Part shown: piece after piece, positions 16,818 to 29,864 of the stretch
How the letters are laid out: each line of letters starts with the position of its first letter
Numbering within the stretch: the stretch's first letter is position 1
Assembly: GCF_009914755.1 (NCBI RefSeq)
Contig: NC_060926.1
Strand: one strand, 5' to 3'
From: the human T2T-CHM13v2.0 reference genome, Homo sapiens
DNA length: 64,000 bases
Program-made: the position numbers and the translations under genes
The notes under the pieces: model-generated
What the model saw: the letters and a program-made list of their open reading frames with translations, nothing else
Told to the model about the DNA's origin: nothing
Database searches by the model: none

Positions 16818-17234
16818 GATACATACCATTAAAATAATGTCACTGATGATGTTCTTCTTAATCCCCTGGCTAATGTAGTGTAAATTAAGCTTCTTTTACT
16901 GTAAAGTTATGCTTTTTCTCTCTTCCCCTACTATATCCTATAGAAGAAAGTTACTTGCTTGTATGTTTTTATACCTAGATTTCACATGGTCCAACAATTC
17001 AAACTGAAGTCTCATTTTCCTCTTGAGGAGTGTTCTAATGTTTAATGATACCTTTTCCTGATGGTGTCTATACAAAGGAAGACCTTCAGGTATTAAAGGA
17101 TCTAACGTGTTAGAGAAAGATATGTTAAACCGAAACTTCTTTAAGTTTTTTTTTTTAATAGAATTTTATCCAATACTTGTGTACCTCTCACAGCAACTCA
17201 GAATATTGCTATTTCAGAATTGCATATGGGAAAG

Positions 17235-17676
17235 TGTATTACTGAGTTCACGCATCCATAAAAAATACCAGAGAATGGGTGGCTTCAACAACAGAAAGGT
17301 AATTTCTCTCAGTTCTGGAGGCTGGAAATCTAAGGACAGAGTCAGTTTCTGGTGAGAGCTCTCCTCCTGGCTTGTAGGTGGTCATTTTTACCCTTTGTTC
17401 TCATGTGGCCTTTCCTCAGTGCTTATGCACTAAGAAAGCGAGAGAGAGGGAGAGAGAGAGACAGAGAGAGAGAGAGAAAGTACAACCATGCATGCAAGTG
17501 AGCGCTCTGGTTTCTTTTTGTATAAAGATAATTACCCTATCAGATCCATACCCCATCCTTATAAACTCATTTAACCTCAGTGACTTCTTTAGAGATCCTA
17601 TGTCTAACTACAGCCATACTGGGGGTTAGGGCTTCAACTTACACATTTTGGAGTACACAAACTTCAGTCTATAATA
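17235..17676 (-). mobile_element. MLT1A-like LTR with internal (GA)n
   Basis: ggtggcttcaacaacagaaa...cagttctggaggctggaaatctaag ... gggggttagggcttcaac. Confidence 0.85.
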
Positions 17677-18387
17677 GAAAGTAAAGAAATCCAAGACAAC
17701 TTAAAGAATTCAGGCAATATGTTAAATACCTCATTCAGTAGAAATAAAAGAACAGCAAATCACTGGGAAAAGCATTTTATTTTATTGAGATTATTTGTCT
17801 TTGGAAAAGCAATAATATTTACCTTTCAAATGTATTAGATGTCATGACATAATTAGATATAAATCTATTCAAACCAACCCTAAAATGAGGCCCCTTATAT
17901 AAACACACAACACAATTAGAATGAAATGGTCATCTTGATACTGCTGTACTAATAAGAATTGCCTCTATGAAATGACTATATTCATTGAATTAAAAAGCCC
18001 ATTATGGATCTCATTCAAAATGCTGTTCACTGAACTCTTCAGAATAAATCTAGTTTGTTTTAGTGGAGTGTTTAGCAGTGTCATTTTTATTTGTTTTCAA
18101 AGATGGTAAAACAACAGGATCTTGGAAATTATAATGAGCCATTCACCAAGCAAAGTCACAGTGAATGGCTTTTGTAAGTTGAGAAAGCCTTAAACCAAAA
18201 GGGCGATCATGTCACTATAATATGCTAAGAAACAGACAAAAAAGAGGCTTCACATACAATAGAGGAAAAATGCATCAAGGCTATAAAAGGTGATTTTATC
18301 TATTTCCTACTTGTTCACCATATTTTCAGTTGTATTTTAACTACTTTATTTATCATATTTGAGAAGGAATCAGTACACTAATATGTT

Positions 18388-18764
18388 AGCTATGGTTTGA
18401 ATGTGTCCCCAAAGTTCGTATGTTGTAAGCTATCCCCAATACAACAGTGTTGATAGGTGGAAACTTGAAGAGATAATTCAGTCATGAGGTCTCTGCCCTC
18501 ATAAACAAATTAATGCTAGTATTCTGGGTGTTAGAGTCTTACAAAAGAATGAGCGTGGCATTTTCTCTCACTCTCTTTCTCTCTACCTTCCCGCTGCCCC
18601 TGTGCTGCCATCTTCCAAGTTATGATACAGCAAAAAGGCCTTCACTGGATGTCATGGATCTTGAACTTCCCAGCCTCCAGAACCATGAGCCAAATAAATT
18701 TCTGTTTATTATAAATTATCCATCTGTGGCATTGTGTTATAACAGCACAAAACAGACTAAGACA
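18388..18764 (+). mobile_element. MST (MSTC/D-like) MaLR LTR
   Basis: gctatggtttgaatgtgtccccaaag ... cagcacaaaacagactaagaca. Confidence 0.88.
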
Positions 18765-18984
18765 GGACTAATATAGACACTGTTGCATTAGTAATATGTA
18801 CAAAGAAGTGTACTATGAGATTTTACATGTAATTTCAACAGATTTAATCAATATAAAATCTTGAGAAAATGCTTTTCAAATTGGAGGAAGTATATAAAAG
18901 TTTTACTATATTAAAAAGTTAGAATTACACATTTGTAAAACATAATGAATAATAAACTATGTTATATTAGAATAGTTGATTATT

Positions 18985-19560
18985 TTAGAAAAAAATGCAG
19001 TCAGATTCTGACCTAATTTTACCTTACAAAATAAATTTCAGATGACATAAGATTTAGATGTAAAAAGGTAAGCATAACATTACTTGTTGAAAACATAAGT
19101 TAGCATTACTGTACTCTAGAGCAGAGGTTGGTAAATTGTGGCCCACAGGCCAAATTTGGTCTGCCACCTGATTTTGTAAATGAAGATTTATTGGAACACA
19201 GTCATGCCTACTCATTTACACATTGTTGATGGCTACTTTTGTACTGTAATAGCAGAGTTGAGTAGTTACCGCAGAGATCATATGGCTCACAAAGCCTTAA
19301 AGAATTACTATATTGGTCTGAATGGAAAAAGATTGCTTATCTCTGATCTAGATGTAAAGGAAGACTCTTTAAAACATGACAGTAGAGAGACACAATAAAG
19401 GAGTATTATTCAGATGTCTTGGCTGATGAAGTAGGTAAAATTTCTGCATGTAAAACTCAACCGTTTATGCAAATTCAAAAGGCAAAGATAAAATGAGATA
19501 ATAACTTGGTGGAAAAAATGCATGAGATCATATCCTTTCATTTCCCAAATACCAAAAGTG
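18985..19560 (+). mobile_element. Very old L1 (L1ME-like) ORF2 fragment interrupted by MER58A
   Basis: caaaataaatttcagatgacataagatttagatgtaaaa resembles the L1 ORF2 C-terminal region. Confidence 0.5.
19122..19345 (+). mobile_element. MER58A hAT-Charlie element
   Basis: cagaggttggtaaattgtggcccacaggccaaat ... ttgcttatctctg. 8 bp TSD ctctagag / atctagat fits the NTCTAGAN preference of Charlie elements. Confidence 0.92.
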
Positions 19561-20378
19561 AAAGTAAGAGAATAAAAAATATTGTCACAATGATTAGAAA
19601 ATAAAGAAGAAGAACAAAGAGCAGATATCAGAAGCAAAATATTTTAACTGATGTTTTGGGGAAAAAAGAAGATAAAAAAGTGTTAAATGATTTAGTAGAG
19701 TGGAGGAAATTGCATTCCAAAGGTCTACAGAGGGGATTCTGATGAGAAAAGGGCCTATTAGTCCCACCAATCACCTGAGACAGTGCAGCAGAAGTAATAG
19801 TGAATAGTGGGTGCTAAAAATATGTCTGAAAGGCCCAGTGTTTCTGACTGCAGGAAGCAGGAGGACAGTTCTGCAAATCAACAGAACTGTTGGGGCTTCA
19901 GACTGCAGGACTTCAGGCACAAGAGAGTGCAGGATGAAGCTTAAGACTGGAACAGGGAGTAAATGTAAGTCAACATGCTCAACACAGAGACCTTTCCCTC
20001 TTCTCACAACCTGCTCCTGAAAGCGAGTTGGAGAATAAAAGGTTGTTAAATAATTGTACAAGTTCTGAGGAAACAAAGAAATAAGCAAAAATATGGACAC
20101 ACTGACATTTGATCAAAGGGGTCCTTCCCCACCAAACAAACAGAAACAAAAAAACAAAAATACCCTGCTTTCCTCCTGCTCTCTGTACAGTTGAAGCCAC
20201 AAGGAAAAAACAATGTCCCCATACAAATTTTCCAATAAGCTTTTTAGTGCCTCATTTATTATCTGCAGAAATCCCCCAGAAAGCAGAAAATGAAGCAATT
20301 GAAATCAAGAGAATAGAATCGAATATTTAAAGGATTAATCCAGAAGGTCCAACATATTACTAATCTAGAAAGGCCACT

Positions 20379-20777
20379 TGCCTTAGTCCAATTTTATACT
20401 GCTATAGAGGACTACAGACTGGGTAATTTATAACAATAGAGCTTTCTTTCTCATGGTTCCGGAGGCCCTCTAGTATAAGATCAAGGCACCTGCAGGTTTG
20501 CTGTCTGGTTAGGTCTTGGTCTTTGCTTCTAAGATGCCACCTTGAATACTGCATCCTCTGGAGGAGGGAAACACTATTCCCCACATGGCAGAAGAACAGA
20601 AGAGAGTGTGAACTCACTCCTGAAAGTTCTTTTTATAGCAGCATTAATACATTTATGAGGGCACAGCCCTCATGACTTGAATACCTCCCATTAGGCCTCA
20701 CTCTCTCAAAACTACTGTATTCGGGATTAAGTTTTAACATGAGTTTTGGAGAGGAAGAAAACACTCACTTCATAACA
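20379..20777 (-). mobile_element. MST-like MaLR LTR
   Basis: tgccttagtcc...cagactgggtaatttataa ... gagggcacagccctcatgact...aacatgagttttggagagga. Confidence 0.85.
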
Positions 20778-21094
20778 CCATTAGAGCCCACTTTACCTCC
20801 CTGGTTAGTCCTATTTCAAACTGTTCTTCCAGAATATTTTTTTTTTGATAATGCTCCTTTCAAGTTCAAAAATATCCTAGTTTGGACTATACATTTTATG
20901 ATTACACTGTCACACAATTAGAATTTCAAAGAAAAGAGAATAGAAAAATTTTAAATGAGAAAAGGTCTTAGTATGTGCTGGTGAAATGTCAGAGCACTGA
21001 GGCTAAATTGAAGTCCTAAACATGTTCAGAAGGGAAAAACAACACTAAAAATGTCCTTATGAAAATGATTAGGCATTATAACATTTTTTTCCTT

Positions 21095-22512
21095 TATACA
21101 TCTCTGGCTATTGACTGTCAGCTTCCTTTAACAGCTCATTTTCTTCACTGTCTCGTTTTTCTTTCATAAATTTATACTTATGCTCTTTCAGCTTCCCAAT
21201 CTATACTTTACCCTTAGATAATCTGATCTATAACCATGACTTCAAATTCCATCAATAAGTCAGTGACTTTCTAATTTCTGTGTTTGGCATATATTTTCCA
21301 ATTGAGCTCCAGGTCCAAATATATCCAAATGCCCACTAGACATGTGCAGTAAAAAAATAACAAAATATCTTCAATACCCATCGTATTCCCCTCCTTCTTT
21401 CATTCCCTTCAACTCCAGCTTGGCCCTTTTCCAGGAATCTTCTTCACTGAATAGCAACACTAAGTTGCAGAAGACAGTATTCTTAGTCATTTTTTGGCCC
21501 TTCCCTCTTCATTTCCTTTATACTTAATTCACCACCAAGCCATATTGATTTATTCCTTCTGAATATCCCCTGTGTCTCTCTAAGTCTTTGTATCATCACT
21601 CTTACCATCCTGCCTTGGTCTCAGCTGAACTCCTGGAAGTCTTCTAACTGCTTTTCCACCATGCATTCTTGCCTTACCTCCAATCCATTCTGCACGCTGT
21701 ATATCAAGTGATCTTTTTAAATTACAGATGTGATCACATCAATTCCTCACTTAAAGTCCACTAGGTTATCCCAGTTGCTCTTTTTAAAAAGCTGATATAC
21801 AATAGTTGTACTCAATTTATTTTAACTCTATGAAAACAAAAAAAAATCTTATAAGGGCTTAAGTAATCTGTCTTCTCCCTACCTTTCTGTATTCTGAATC
21901 ACTCGTATCCATAGTTACACTAAACTAGCCATAATGACTTTTCTTCAATTTCTGTCATCTAGTGGTTTTCAAAGTGTGGTTTCTGGACCAGAAACAACAG
22001 CATACTTCTGGCATTTGTTTGAAATGCCTCTCCGGGAATACTTGTACCCTGCCCCAGTCTGCTAAATCATAAGCTCCACGGCAGGGCCCAGAAATACCTT
22101 TTTTGCACAGGCCTTCCAGGTGATTCTGATGCACACTATAGCTTGAGAACCACTGAACCTTTGCACACACTAATTTATTCCCTTATAATTGTCTTCTTTC
22201 TCCCTCTTTCTTACTTTCTAAAAATTTTCTAGATCTCAGCTGAAATTTTATTTTTTCTGTGACATTTTCTTTGACCTTCCATCTTTTCTATGTTTAGTTT
22301 AGAATTTCTTTTAATAAACTGGTATTTATTTGTGCATTTTCTTTCAAAACAGCTATTACAATATATGATTATATATTTATATGTTTATGTGATTATTTGA
22401 TTAAATATCTATTTCCCTACGTAGATATTACACAATAGGAGGGCCTGGAGCTGGTTAGATTGACTCATAAATGTTCAAGAATGGTGGCACATAAAAAATG
22501 TTGAATAAATAT
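21095..22512 (+). mobile_element. L2 3' portion interrupted by MER5A
   Basis: tgagctccaggtccaaatatatccaaatgcccactagacat; ctccaatccattctgcac; tail ggcacataaaaaatgttgaataaat. Confidence 0.75.
21960..22155 (+). mobile_element. MER5A hAT-Charlie element
   Basis: TIRs tagtggttttcaaag and cttgagaaccactg; internal ccttccaggtgattctgatgcac. Confidence 0.88.
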
Positions 22513-23790
22513 CATTAAATTACTGTGAATAAGTTAAACATAGAAATAAGATAATTACAAAAGTACATGATAAAAAGAAGACAATTAACACATTGCATTG
22601 TTAATGACAAATATTCACTGATTTAACACAATAGATTATATGTCATTATATAAAACTTACTGAATTAAACTGTCTGCTAAACACTCTAAGCAAGTGCCAT
22701 TTAACAAATACAAATTAAATTTAAATACACCAATTGCTGATAATCACTAATAATTTAATGAAAGAAAAAAAGGTTTTAGTTATACAGAGCATGATTATAC
22801 AGGGATCATTTATAAACAAGGATCTTTGTTAAATTATTTTTCTTAAGTTCTTTTTCTTTCAGTGCACAAGGGCCTTTGTTCAACTATGCTTGTTTTGCAT
22901 ATGTTTTATATAAGAATATTATAATGTTCAACAAAAAGCAAATAATAAAAGAGACTAAATAATCCAATGTTTTATCCTTGGTAACAGTGATTTATTGGAA
23001 AGAGCTTGAACTAAACTCCAGGATCCCTGGTTCCTCACATTCTGAATTATGTTGCCTGGTAACTAAGTAACATAGGCACTTTCATGGAGGACCATGCTTC
23101 CAACATTGATTTAGCTGTGTGTTTTTTGATTGCTGAAAGACACAGAAGCTGAGGTCCTCTAGCCATAGGCATGCACTAAAGTAGAAAGATGATGATTTAA
23201 GATCTGAGCTGTAGCAAGATGTCTGGATTTATTGATAAGGCAGCACTTATACATCTACATCCCTCTACGGAGGCTTGGGCCAAAGTAAAAACCTCTACCT
23301 TAATAAGTTATGTATTTGGGTCACTGGTTTTAAGAAAGGAAGAGACAGCTTAGAAAAGTGACCTAGAAAATTGAAAAGTTAGGACTTAATTGGAAGAAAA
23401 AAATGAAAAGGTAATAGGTCTTGCTCTCGGTTTGCCAAAGAAGGTTGTGAAATTGTATCCTCTTGCCCTTTCTTTACACTCACTAAAAGGAGATTATTTA
23501 TATTGGGATCTCTCTATGATGACTCGTGTGAAAATAAGGTTACCCTTGCTTGGTTCTCCTCCAAATGCTCTTTTCTGTGAAAAATATAATTCTAATTTGG
23601 TATCACAATAAATGTGTAGTAAAAGGCGCTATGGAATTAACACCTACTAGGGTATTTTCTAGGAGAAAATGTCTGCTCCTTTTTATAAGCCTGAAACTCA
23701 AAGGTCTTCTTTCGTAATCTCTGTTACTATTCTACTTCCTCATTCTTATTTGACCATTAACATTTCTGATACTATCCTCACCCTCTCTTA

Positions 23791-24726
23791 TGATAGTGAC
23801 GAGGCAGCCAAATGACTAGGCAGATAGGGGCATGTCTCTGGTAAATTCCCATCTCCAAGCCAAAGACAGTTTAAAGCCTGAAAGCCAAGCTACAAGTCAA
23901 ATCCTTGGACCAGATTGAGAATGTGTCTTCCTGTTTGGTGCACTTTCCTCTGGTGGGTCACCACCCTTCACCTATTTCATGTGTAACTACCTTTTTCTAA
24001 TTGGTTTTCTACACTGCCGTGCCCACTTTAGAGTTGTGTCTTTGCTTTAAGCTTTTTTGCATATTCAAAAACCAATCAGCATGCAATCCCCATTCTGAGT
24101 CCTATGAAGACCCCAGGCTCAGTCGGTAGAGGGAGAGACAGCCTGATTTCAGGGAAGAGAAAGCCTGACTTCGGTGAAGAGACAACCTGACTTCAGAGAA
24201 GACAATCTGCCCTTGTCATACCCTCTGCAGGTCCCCTCTCCGCTGACAGCCATTTTCATCAGTCAATAAAATTCTTCGCCTTCACAACCCTTCAACTGTC
24301 CATGTGACCTCATTCTTCTTGGACGCCAGACAAGAGCTCAGGACCCACTGAATATGGGTACCCAGAAAAGGCTGTCATATAGGCCCTTGTCCTCACTGGC
24401 AGAGGGCAGCCAACCCATGAGATGAGGCTAGGGGCCAACTAAGCTGCTAATACACCACCATCTATCGGACTGCAGAAGGTGGAACTAAAGGAGCACTGTA
24501 ACACCCCATCTGGGGCTTCCAGGTCTCTCACTTGCTTGCTTGCGCCTGGTCTGGCTGTGGGTCCTGCATGGAGCTTGTTCCTGTGCCAGCACCTGGAGCA
24601 GCCAGCCAGATCCTGCACTCGCTCACTCACGTGCTCCCTCCCAAAAGAGGTTGAGTGCGGGGGGCCAAGTAGAGGGGGCACCCCTGCTGTGAGTCTAGCA
24701 GAGGGGCCAAGAAAAGTGCTGCATCA
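23791..24726 (+). mobile_element. ERV1 solo LTR, MER50-like (MER4 group)
   Basis: TG...CA termini. caagccaaagacagtttaaagcctgaaagccaagctacaagtc. CCAAT box near 24072 and AATAAA near 24265. Confidence 0.8.
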
Positions 24727-24734
24727 TTAGTTCA

Positions 24735-25330
24735 TACCTCTTTAGCCACCTAGAGTCTACACCATATCATAGCTTCCTAAAGGGTCTTTCTGACTTCTGC
24801 TGTTCCCCCTCTAATTAACTTTCCAGGCTGCTACTCAGATTAAAGTTTCTATATTGCTCTGATTATGTCCATCCTTCCTGTTTTAGTTACCACTTACTTT
24901 CAGCTAATGGCCAAATTCCTTATCAGAAGATTAAATTTTTTCTCTGATCCAATAGCAGATTTCTTGTTCATTCTTATTTCCTACGAAAATATGCCTCCAC
25001 CCACCATGTGTCATGCGTACTCACTCCACAGGCACAGGTAGTTCAAACATAAGACTTTACTTAAGTGTCTTTGACTATGTCGTGTTGTTTAACACTTTCA
25101 AGCCATTATACTTGCTGTGTTCATTTGCCCAAAATGTCCTATCCCTTTCCTATGGTTTTTTGCTTGGTTAATTCTTAGTCCTCCTTCAACATGTCTCATA
25201 TTCCAACTTCTTTTTGAAACCTTACCCATCCATCTCTCCTTTCTTCTCAGTGAGCATTATAATCATTCCCTCTGTAACACTCTTATTTTCTCCATGCGTC
25301 TATCAACATATATTACACAGATTTTGGTAA
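24735..25330 (+). mobile_element. L2 fragments
   Basis: Pyrimidine-rich degenerate L2-like sequence (gcttcctaaagggtctttctgacttctgc ... ctctgattatgtc). Confidence 0.45.
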
Positions 25331-25711
25331 TAATTTTGGGGTTTTATTGATAAACCTTGCCATTTGTGACTTTTATTGAGCCATTTTTTAGTGGATGGCT
25401 CAGGCAAATTGGCACTTTAATAAGGATGTCATGAACAATAGAAAGATGTTATGGTTCAAAGAATGAATCACTAAAAATTAATTTCAAGCAATATAATGAA
25501 CATAGTAATAGCCATTTTTGAAGGTGTGGGATGTTGGGAAAGGAAGAAGGGAGAAGGGAAAGCAGCATCAATTCATCATGCCTGAGAAGACATGGAGATC
25601 TCACATAAAATGAGGTCATTAAACAAGTGTATTGATCATCATTTCTAATTTCTTGACCATTAAAACAAAGTGAGCCTTTTAAATATTAAGTTTTATTTTC
25701 AAGATAGAGAT

Positions 25712-26044
25712 TGCTATAGTTTGGATGTTTGTCCCCTCTAAAGCTCATGAAGAAATTTAATCCTTGAGCTTGGAGATGGGGTCCAGTGGGATTTGTTTGT
25801 GTCATTGGGGCAGGTCCTTCATGAATAATTTTTACACTTGGTCACAGAGTGAGTGAATTCTCACTCTATTTGATCCCATGAGAGCTGGTTATTAAAAAGA
25901 TCCTGGCACCACCCTCCTTTTTTTCTTCCTCTCTTGCCATGTGATCTCTTGCACATACTGGAGCATATGAGCCAGTTTAACCTCTTTTCTTGTAAAGTGC
26001 TCAGCCTCACATATTCCTTTATAGCAATACAATGGACCAAGACA
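25712..26044 (+). mobile_element. MSTB-like MaLR LTR, internally deleted
   Basis: tgctatagtttggatgtttgtcccctctaaa ... ttcctttatagcaatacaatggaccaagaca. Confidence 0.88.
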
Positions 26045-28454
26045 GATTTATTCAGAATTGTGGAGAGCCATATTTTTACATATGTTCTATAATTTGATAG
26101 TTTTAAAGTCATGTATTTTAGAGTACAAAGAAATTTTGATGGCAGTACTTTTTTAGTGAATTCCATCTTAATATTTTCATTCTGTGTGGCATAACAAATT
26201 ATAATGGGACCACTTTAATCAACTTGTTTTTTCATCCTGTTAATTTCCAAGTCTATTTGGGACATCCATTAAAGTCAATATCCTTAATTTAATGGAAGAT
26301 TTCCTTCTGAAGTTGCTACATTTTTTTCTGTCTAAATTAACACTGAAGATATGTAATGGATGTGTTAAATAGATAATGCTATTAATGGGAAAAAATGCAT
26401 AAATTACATAGAAGACCAATAATTTTCAGAGCACCTGTTTTACTTTCAACAGTTTAGATTCTTTTATTGAGTGAATAAGCACTCTGAAGAAAACAAACCT
26501 TTACCCTGTATTCTCTATTACCTTAATTTTTAATCACTATGGCAAAATTTTTAATTAATGTAATTCTGTTTTTATTTTAGTATGAATTTAGCACAAGGAA
26601 GAGTATAAGCTAATAGTCAAACCCATTTAAACCACACTTTCAAAAAATAACCCAAGGATTTGGGTAGAATATAAGTGGGGGTTATTATTTAGGAAACCTA
26701 TAATAAGACAAACAGGAATTTCAGAAGTTTCTGGGAATCAGATGTCAGGTTTTTCAAATGTTTAAAGGGGTTGAATGTACAAGACTGTCTTCAAATTTGA
26801 TGCTTCCCCTTTGCAAACAAAATTACATGACTAATGTATAAAATCAGCAGTACAAATTTTAAATGTGTTGTAGCTTTCTGTTTTGTATTTGATTTTTGAC
26901 GCCATTTAGAAACAGACACAACTAGTAAGATTCATAAACTGTTAATCATATATTTATCATGTATTGATTGACTTTACAAAACATGTGGATGTTTACATAT
27001 TACCATATTCCTTAACCAGCATTTTCTTCTTACTAGTAAATGCACCACACATATTTCTTACTTATTTCAGTAGTTAGAAAATTCTTAGGAAATGACCTTC
27101 ATGAAATCCTTTTTTTTAAGTGTCTCCTAAAAATAGAGAGTAACAATGCTTGAGATTCATTAGTTTGATTACCCTGGAATCCTTTATGTTCACTCTGTGG
27201 AAATAATGCCACATTTTATATTTCCAAAGCCCTCACACTCTGTTATGTATTGCTTTCTCTGTCTCTCATATATGATCACATTTACACACACACACATACA
27301 CACACAATTAAGACATTTGGCAACCAGGCAAGATATTTGTTTCATTTACCATTCTATATATTAAGATACCCAATAATTTATCACGAAAAGGTTAATGAGC
27401 ATCCAGATGAGATAAAACCCAAGGGTTTTAAATGTTCTTTCAGTGATTTTAAATGTAGCCTTGGCTTCCTGCTATATCTATATCTCAAATTGCAGAGAAA
27501 CGTGGTGAAACCACAGATACAATAAAGGTCATGGTGTTTGGATGATAAATTTGCTCACCTAACTATCCATATCTCTTATGGGAAGAATTTTTTTATTTAA
27601 AGAACTAACAGATATGCTTCCAATGTCATATCAGAAAATAATAATCCTGTGGCTTTTTTCTAGTGTATTTAAAGACTACAATTTAGGTACTCGATCAGTA
27701 ATTTCAAAGTGACATTAATAAAACCAAATGAGAATGTGTCAAAAGGTTTTGACTAAAAAATCCCAACAACTATTATCACAATTGTATTAAAAGTATTGGT
27801 CTCAGAGATTTTTTGGCTCTACAGTACAATAGCTTTTGTGTTTTTAATAGCATAGCTCATTCCAACATCGACTAAAACCTTCATATGGGATTATTAAGAC
27901 AGAGATAAAAGGAACCACAGAAGAGTTAACAAATAATAACTTTCATTAGGGTCTCCCTCCTTCCAAAAATTTCAAAAACCAGATATTTTGACAGAATGTG
28001 TAGCTTGAAGAAGAAACAGAACAAGGATTTGGTAGCCCTCATTGTGAATGGGTTCCATCACATAAACCATGGGCATCACTGCATGTGTCAGCTCTATGTG
28101 GGCCACTAAGGACACACAGTCATTAGTGTGCAAAACACTAGAATCCTGATGGCAATAGAAACTACACGCTGTCCAAATGTAAAGTTTAACTCTTAAAAAA
28201 AAGAGGGAAGAGACATAAGAGAAAAAATGGTAAGTGGTTTCCATGGGCCATTTAAACTCATCCTGACATATGTAAAGTACTACTGACTATAAATAATCTC
28301 TTTTCTTAAAACTTCCATAGCATTTCTCTGTCCCACACTTTTAGTACCCACCTACACTGATTTGCATTGTTATTTATTCCTGCAAAGATTACTTTGTAAG
28401 TTTTTAAGCTAGAGTATAAAATCCTATAAGACAAGGTTGGTGGTTTATAAGGTA

Positions 28455-28597
28455 TTGATTTCTCCCTACCTCCAACGTATTTATTAACGTCTTGCATAAT
28501 TAGTGCTACATAAATACTTACTGAATTATTTTTATAGAACCAAATATAGCCTTATGCAATCAATAGAAGCTCAGTAAATGTTCTTGAATATAAGTTT
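28455..28597 (+). repeat. Local duplication, copy 1 (143 bp)
   Basis: About 89% identical by hand alignment to 29674-29815. Confidence 0.93.
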
Positions 28598-29445
28598 AAA
28601 ACATAATTGATAATCAGGCAAAATTATTCTGTAGGCAATGTTATTGTAAAAAGGTCCCCAAAATAAAATTACGAGCATACAAATCAATTCAAGAAACATA
28701 ATTATATAAATAGACCTAAGGCTTTTTAAAACTACTGTGTATCTTGCTTGGCTACCCTCCGGTCTATGCAAGGATTTAGGCTTCTAGGGACCTGCGATGT
28801 GTTCCTCTTCTGCTGGACCTCACCTGGACTGGCCTTTACTCAATCTATGTAGCAGTACTAGCCAAGCTTGAACATTGCTTTTAAAGGCAGGTATTAGAAA
28901 GCTCCTGGACCCTCAAGAGTAATGTGATACCAAATCAAAGAGATAAATAATATAGATAAGGAAATAGAGATGAATAAGATAATAAGAGCTTTTCTCAGTG
29001 GTTTTCTCTGGGGAAAAATGTTAAAGTATTCAATTTTTATGATGAGCTTGTATCTGAGTCCTCACAATTAAGATGACAATCCCTTTCCTGTTTAGGCTTC
29101 AGGAAATAACTAATTTTCAAAAAATGGGAGTTTTGGAACTATGGGAAACACATAATCATTGAGTAGGAAAAGTGTGACTGAAATGTAAGCGGTAGAATCC
29201 CAAAACTAACAAACAAAGAAAAAATGATATTCAATCTATCTTCAACTTTTGCTCACAGGGTTAAGTTTATTAAGTTAAAGAGCTCCATATTCTGCTATAC
29301 TTTTATCAATAAATTATAATTCTAACCATTAAAAATAAGTCACTGATTTTGGATTGGCCCAAAAGCCCCAAAATTGCCTATTTCAGAGCCTCAAGGAAAC
29401 ACTGCAATGTAAAAACATACGCTATTTTTAAAGCAAGTGAGAATG

Positions 29446-29590
29446 AAAGGAAGAGAAGAAGGAAGGAAGGAAGGAAGGAAGGAAAAAAGGAAGGAAGGAG
29501 AGAAGGAAGGAAGGAAGGGAGGGAAGGAGGGAGGGAGGGGAAAAGAAGGAAGGAGAAAAAGAGAGAAAGGAAGAAAAAAGAAAGGAAAGA
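29446..29590. repeat. (GGAA)n / GA-rich purine tract
   Basis: About 145 bp containing only purines on the + strand. Confidence 0.95.
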
Positions 29591-29673
29591 ATCTTGTCAT
29601 AGGAAATATATATAGGCATACAACTATAGTGTGATATATATAATATATATATGTGTGTATATAGATATAGGCT

Positions 29674-29815
29674 TTGATTTCCTCCAACTCCAATGCATTT
29701 ATTATCGTCTTGCATAATTAGTGCTAAATAAATATTTGTTGGATTATTTTTATAGAACCAAATATAGCCTGATGCAATCAATAGAAGATCAGTAAATGTT
29801 CTTGTATATAAATTT
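29674..29815 (+). repeat. Local duplication, copy 2 (142 bp)
   Basis: Shares cgtcttgcataattagtgcta and attatttttatagaaccaaatatagcct exactly with copy 1. Confidence 0.93.
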
Positions 29816-29820
29816 GTGTA

Positions 29821-29823
<3 letters not shown>

Positions 29824-29861
<38 letters not shown>
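29824..29861. repeat. (AT)19 microsatellite
   Basis: Perfect dinucleotide run. Confidence 0.97.

Positions 29862-29864
<3 letters not shown>

Larger units (their letters stand above)
14915..16955 (-). mobile_element. L1MC3-like 3' UTR split into three pieces by MER1A and MER21
   Basis: tttcccctattattaacatctcacattagtatggtacatttgtta ... ttctgttctaggatcccatc. The sequence resumes after 16817. Confidence 0.75.

Noticed and set aside
27127-27136. Perfect MEF2 motif CTAAAAATAG (also at 38588-38597)
   Set aside because: Isolated AT-rich motifs are expected by chance in 64 kb of AT-rich DNA, and no supporting cluster is present.
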